From Raja brachyura (taxonomy: Eukaryota), in assembly GCA_963514005.1 (NCBI GenBank), contig OY740799.1, positions 8,680,001 to 8,744,000 on the forward strand: 64,000 bases of DNA, read 5' to 3'. The notes under the pieces are model-generated. The model did not search any database. It was not told the DNA's origin and was given only the letters and a program-made list of their open reading frames with translations. Below, in pieces: positions 59,896 through 64,000 of this stretch. Position numbers and translations under genes: made by a program. Position 1 is the first letter of the stretch; the number at the start of each line of letters is the position of its first letter.

Positions 59896-60334
59896 AGCTC
59901 ATCATCATCATCTTCATCATCGTCGAAAACATTAGCGATGCAGCGGTGCTGGTTTCCAACGGGAACGGTGATGGACGCACCACACACCTCTGTCCTCCAG
60001 TTCCTGCGGACTTCCGCCGCTGGAAGTCTAGGATTTTGGTGTGTGTGTGTGTGTGCGTGTGCTTTATCATCATTCCTTACAATGCCGTGTACGACAGTGA
60101 TCGCAACCTCTACTGAAGTGTGGATGGCCGTTGGCTCGCTAGAAGCTCACCCGCTCCTTGACAGGTCTTGTCCTTGGTCCTGCTGGGGGTCCACAGCCCC
60201 CCTCCTCACCTGGCAAACCAGGCGGGGGAGACGGTTTAGTCGGCGACTATCCGACCATGGAGAAGGTAGCAGGGGATTACATGGTACCTGTGGAGGGGGG
60301 GGAACTCCCCCCGAACTGACATCATACTCAAGGA
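59896..60334 (-). mobile_element. Unclassified ~440-bp structured element with (GAT)n tail
   Basis: Splits a Penelope tail (aagaactgcaga | cagacgctggttt); GC-rich hairpins; (atc)n at the plus-strand left end. Confidence 0.55.
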
Positions 60335-61029
60335 CAGACGCTGGTTTATACCAAAGACCGATACAAAGTGCTGGAGTAACTCAGTGGGTCAGGCAGCATC
60401 CGTGGAGAAAATGGATGGGTGACGTTTCGGATCAGGCTGCCCTCCTGCACTCCAAGGAATAAAGTCCCAGCCTGCTCACCCTCTCCCCAGAGTTCAGCTG
60501 CATATTTTCAATGAGGGCCTCGATTCAATCACAAACAGAGAGGGCATGAAGTCAGTATTACGCACCGGTCGCAAGGATGGGATTGTCATTCATTAATGTC
60601 ATCCTGAACCGCCACTTGCAACTGGTGTTCAGCAGCTCCAAGGCTGACAGAGTTTAAATGGATAATTACACCAACTTCAAACGCAACACACACACACACG
60701 CACAGAACTAAACTTTCATTCTTCCACCACTGCTCTACATTCAAACGATTCATCTCAGGCCTCCAGCTCATCCGTCACTGCCTCTTCTAATTCCTTGATG
60801 CAAATTTAATTTGATGCCTTTTGAAAAAAATATCTACCAAAAAGACTTGCAACTTTCATAGCATTCGGGGTGTCCCACACTCTGCTCAGCCAAGGAACAG
60901 GCGCTCCTCGACCGAGTAACTATTCTAACAAGGGACCTTACCCCACAGCAGGCACCACAGAAGCAACAATAACAACAATGAGATAATGAGGCCATAAACT
61001 TGTGCACATTCACACACACACAATTAGAC

Positions 61030-61440
61030 AATAGTCTCAGAATTAAAGGACGTTCTGTTAGGAAGGAGACGAGGTATAATGGTATATGGACACACTGATC
61101 TGTTTTGTAGTCAATGCCTACTATGTTCTGTTGTGCTGAAGCAAAGCAAGAATTTCATTGTCTTATCTGAGACACATGACAATAAACTTGAGGTGGCATT
61201 TCTTTAGTCAGAGATTGGTGAATCTGTGGAATTCTATACCACAGAAGGCTGTGGAGGTAAAAGTTGGTGGATATTTTTAAGGCAGAGAAAGATCGATCCT
61301 TGATCAGTACGGGTGTCAGGGATTATTGGGAGAAGGCAGGAGAATGGGGTTAGGAGGGAGAGATAGATCAGCCATGATTGAATGGCAGTGCAGACTTGAT
61401 GGGCCAAATGGCCTAATTCTGCTCCTATCTCTTATGATCT
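61030..61440 (+). mobile_element. CR1 3' fragment with internal insertion
   Basis: ctcagaattaaaggacgttc ... ggtgaatctgtggaattc ... ggcctaattctgctcct. Confidence 0.7.
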
Positions 61441-62597
61441 CATGATGAGTCAAAAGCGTTTTATTGTCATATGTTGTCCCAGATAGAATGGAATTGTCCA
61501 TTGTAATGTCAGGCTGTAATTTCTGGGTTGTCCAAACTGATTGAAGTGTGAAGCACCAAGAGCCAGGAGATACCATCAATATTATGCCGGTTAAAATGCC
61601 TCTTCCAGACAAGACTGTTTTGTAACCCAGAGAGCAAGCACCTGACACTGTCCACAACAAGCTGCCGCCCGAAAGCAACACCTTTTGCTAGGAATACAAT
61701 TCTGCCCAGAGTCAGAGACACACTCCAACACAGAGGTCGCAGTCGGAGCAGCAAGGCTGTCAACACCCAATGAAAATCCAATACTCTCCAGAGACAGAGG
61801 ACGTCTAAGCAAAGACGCAGGTGAACACCACGGCAGTTAGGCAGTTAGGCAGTTAGTCGTGCCGCATTTATTTTGTTGCCAGAGGTGAACAAAGCCACGC
61901 ATTCCTGCCGACCAAATGTACAGCCTTCATTTAGCCCAACCTACGCAAAGTGGCACATTTTCAAGGATGACACAGAAGTACGATTAGCAAGTTGAGGCAA
62001 TTACTATAAATCAGCATGTATGAATTAAGTCTGAAATTTCTGCAATATGCCCGCCACACGAAGGCTTTCAGCGGGCACAACAGTTAGTAATAATCATTGT
62101 GTCATTACCACTTGCTGTCTCTAAAGTATAGCACAGTTGCCTGCGAATAATATTTGTAAGGGGCCAGGAATTACACATTTAATCCATTCGACAGACTGCA
62201 TTTGCAGAGAATTAGACCGTTCAGGTCCCAACCACAGCAAATGACATTAAGAGAGATGACTCTTTTTTACACTGACAAAAGAACAAACTAATGTGGTTTA
62301 ATGGGTGTGTGCCATTAATGCTGGGCAGAAATTAGGGCAAGTGACCAAGTTCATCAACTTAATTAAGTCGACACCCACTTAAATAATTAACCTTTGGATT
62401 CCTCCATTGCCCATGCTATATGCTGCTTTCACTTGGCCAGTAAAAGAGTTTTTACAGATTTATCACAAATATATTAACTTGAAAGACCTATTGCCCTGTT
62501 TTTCTTAAATGGCTATTTCTCTTTCCTTTATAAGAGGTGTATGTTGTTAAATCATTCACTTCCCACTAACATTTTACTTCCCACCCCCCCACCCTCG

Positions 62598-62870
62598 TAG
62601 TTTAGTTGGTTTGGTTTGGTTATGCAGCACGGAAACGCTGAGTCCACAGTGGCGAACAATCTCCGCACACTAACGTTACCCTACACACACTAGGGACAAT
62701 TGTACATGTATACATTTATACCAAGCCAATTAACCGGCAAACCTGCGTGTCTTTGGATTGTGGGAGGAAATTGAAAATCTGGGGAGAATTCCACGCAGGT
62801 CACGGGGAGAACGTGCAAACTCTGTGCAGACAGCACCCGTAGTCGGGATCAAACCCTGGTCTCTGCCACT
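62598..62870 (-). mobile_element. HE1-like SINE
   Basis: cctacacacactagggacaat...cagacagcacccgtagtcgggatc. Confidence 0.78.
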
Positions 62871-62899
62871 GTGCCTCCCTGTTGAAGCACGTTATAGTT

Positions 62900-63090
62900 T
62901 TGTGCGATGGCTATGCCACCATGTCACCCTCGGTTCTCCCCACTTCTACGCGGATTGCTCGAGTACTGGTGATGGAAATAACTTGCTCTCTGCTGTCCCA
63001 ACAGATTACAATGTCATCGGCAATATTCCCACGGATGCGTTCAATCATCTTGTCCAGCGGACATATAATGGAACAGCCCCGTTGACCCTC
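62900..63090 (-). pseudogene. Possible reverse transcriptase catalytic-motif remnant
   Basis: LDKMIERIRGNIADDIVICWDSREQV contains an xADD motif; short and decayed. Confidence 0.35.
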
Positions 63091-63224
63091 AATGTCCGAA
63101 GCAAACATGATACCAAGGCCATCTCTTCTCTAACTGCACATCACCCATATCTCTCCAATCCCGACATATCCATATGCCTATCCAAAGGTCTCTTAAATGC
63201 CACCATCGCATCTAGCTGAAGACT

Positions 63225-63965
63225 GAAGGGGAAAAGATTTTTAAGGTGAAGGGGAGAAGATTTAATAGGAATCTGAGGCGTGACTTGTTTACACAAAGGG
63301 TGGTGAGTGTATGGGACAGGAGGCTAGAGGAGGTAGTTGAGCCTGGGACTATCCCAAAGTTTAAGAAACAGTTAGACAGGTACATGGATAAGACTGGTTT
63401 GGAGGGATATGGACCAAGTGCAGGCAGGTGGGACTAGTGCAGCTGGGACATGTTGGCCAGGTGGGCCTGTTGGGCAAGAGCAATGACTCTTGCATCTGGA
63501 GTCATGAGGCAGAGAGTTCAACACCCACTGTGGACAATTCACGACTCTCTACGCACACCTCCAGATTCAGGGACAGTTTCCTCCCGGTTGATATCAGGCA
63601 ACTGAACCGTCCCACCAACAACTAGAGAGCGGCCCTGAGCTACTATCTGCCTCAATGGAGAACTTCAGAAAATCATTCATCGGACTTTTCTGGCTCGATT
63701 GTGGAAAGTTTTCACTAGTGAGTGAGTCCAGGACCAGAGGCCACAGCATCAGAATATAAGGACGCACCTTTGGAAAGGAATGAGGAGGAATTTCTTTAAT
63801 CAGAGTGTGGTAAATCTGTGGAATTCATTGCCAAAGGCAGCTGTGGAGGCCATCAATAGATCTTTTTAAGGCAGAGATTGACAAATCCATGATTAGTAAG
63901 TGTGTTATGGGTTATGGGGGAAAGGCAGGAGACTGGGGTTGAGACGGAGAGATAGAATGAATGGT
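63225..63965 (+). mobile_element. Cluster of CR1 and Rex1-type 3' fragments
   Basis: KGRRFNRNLRRDLFTQRVVSVW (63246-63437); THTSRFRDSFLP (about 63550); CR1 at 63705-63965. Confidence 0.75.
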
Positions 63966-64000
63966 GGACTCACCACCCTCTTGACTAAAGGAACTCCTCC

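Noticed and set aside
60170-60300. HDV-like ribozyme in the unclassified element (minus strand acc-ttctccat-ggt)
   Set aside because: A P3/L3-like motif is present but there is no convincing P1 or J4/2 C-R-A segment

Overview
Repeat-dense vertebrate non-coding DNA with five assembly gaps. I found no host protein-coding exon I can support. The repeat mix (HE1-type V-SINEs, Deu-domain SINE relics, CR1, Rex1/Babar, Tx1, Neptune-type Penelope) suggests a cartilaginous fish, probably a skate or ray (inference). Nearly all ORF-track entries are chance ORFs or decayed retroelement fragments. The main signal is three kinds of self-cleaving ribozyme motif carried by small non-autonomous retroelements. 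(1) An internally deleted HERO-like (R2 group) element has a 3' UTR that folds as a hammerhead with its three strands in a non-circularly-permuted, pseudoknotted order (46556-46620, minus). (2) A 137-bp TSD-flanked element begins exactly at the predicted cleavage site of a minimal P4-less HDV-like ribozyme (27681-27817). (3) Many Penelope-derived 90-220 bp hairpin insertions carry minimal dimer-type hammerheads. Four PIF/Harbinger-like MITE families share one terminal motif and show signs of arm homogenisation, a duplicated terminus and an internal expanding minisatellite. All folds were made by eye. Ends of old repeats are approximate, and family names come from motif recognition, not database searches.
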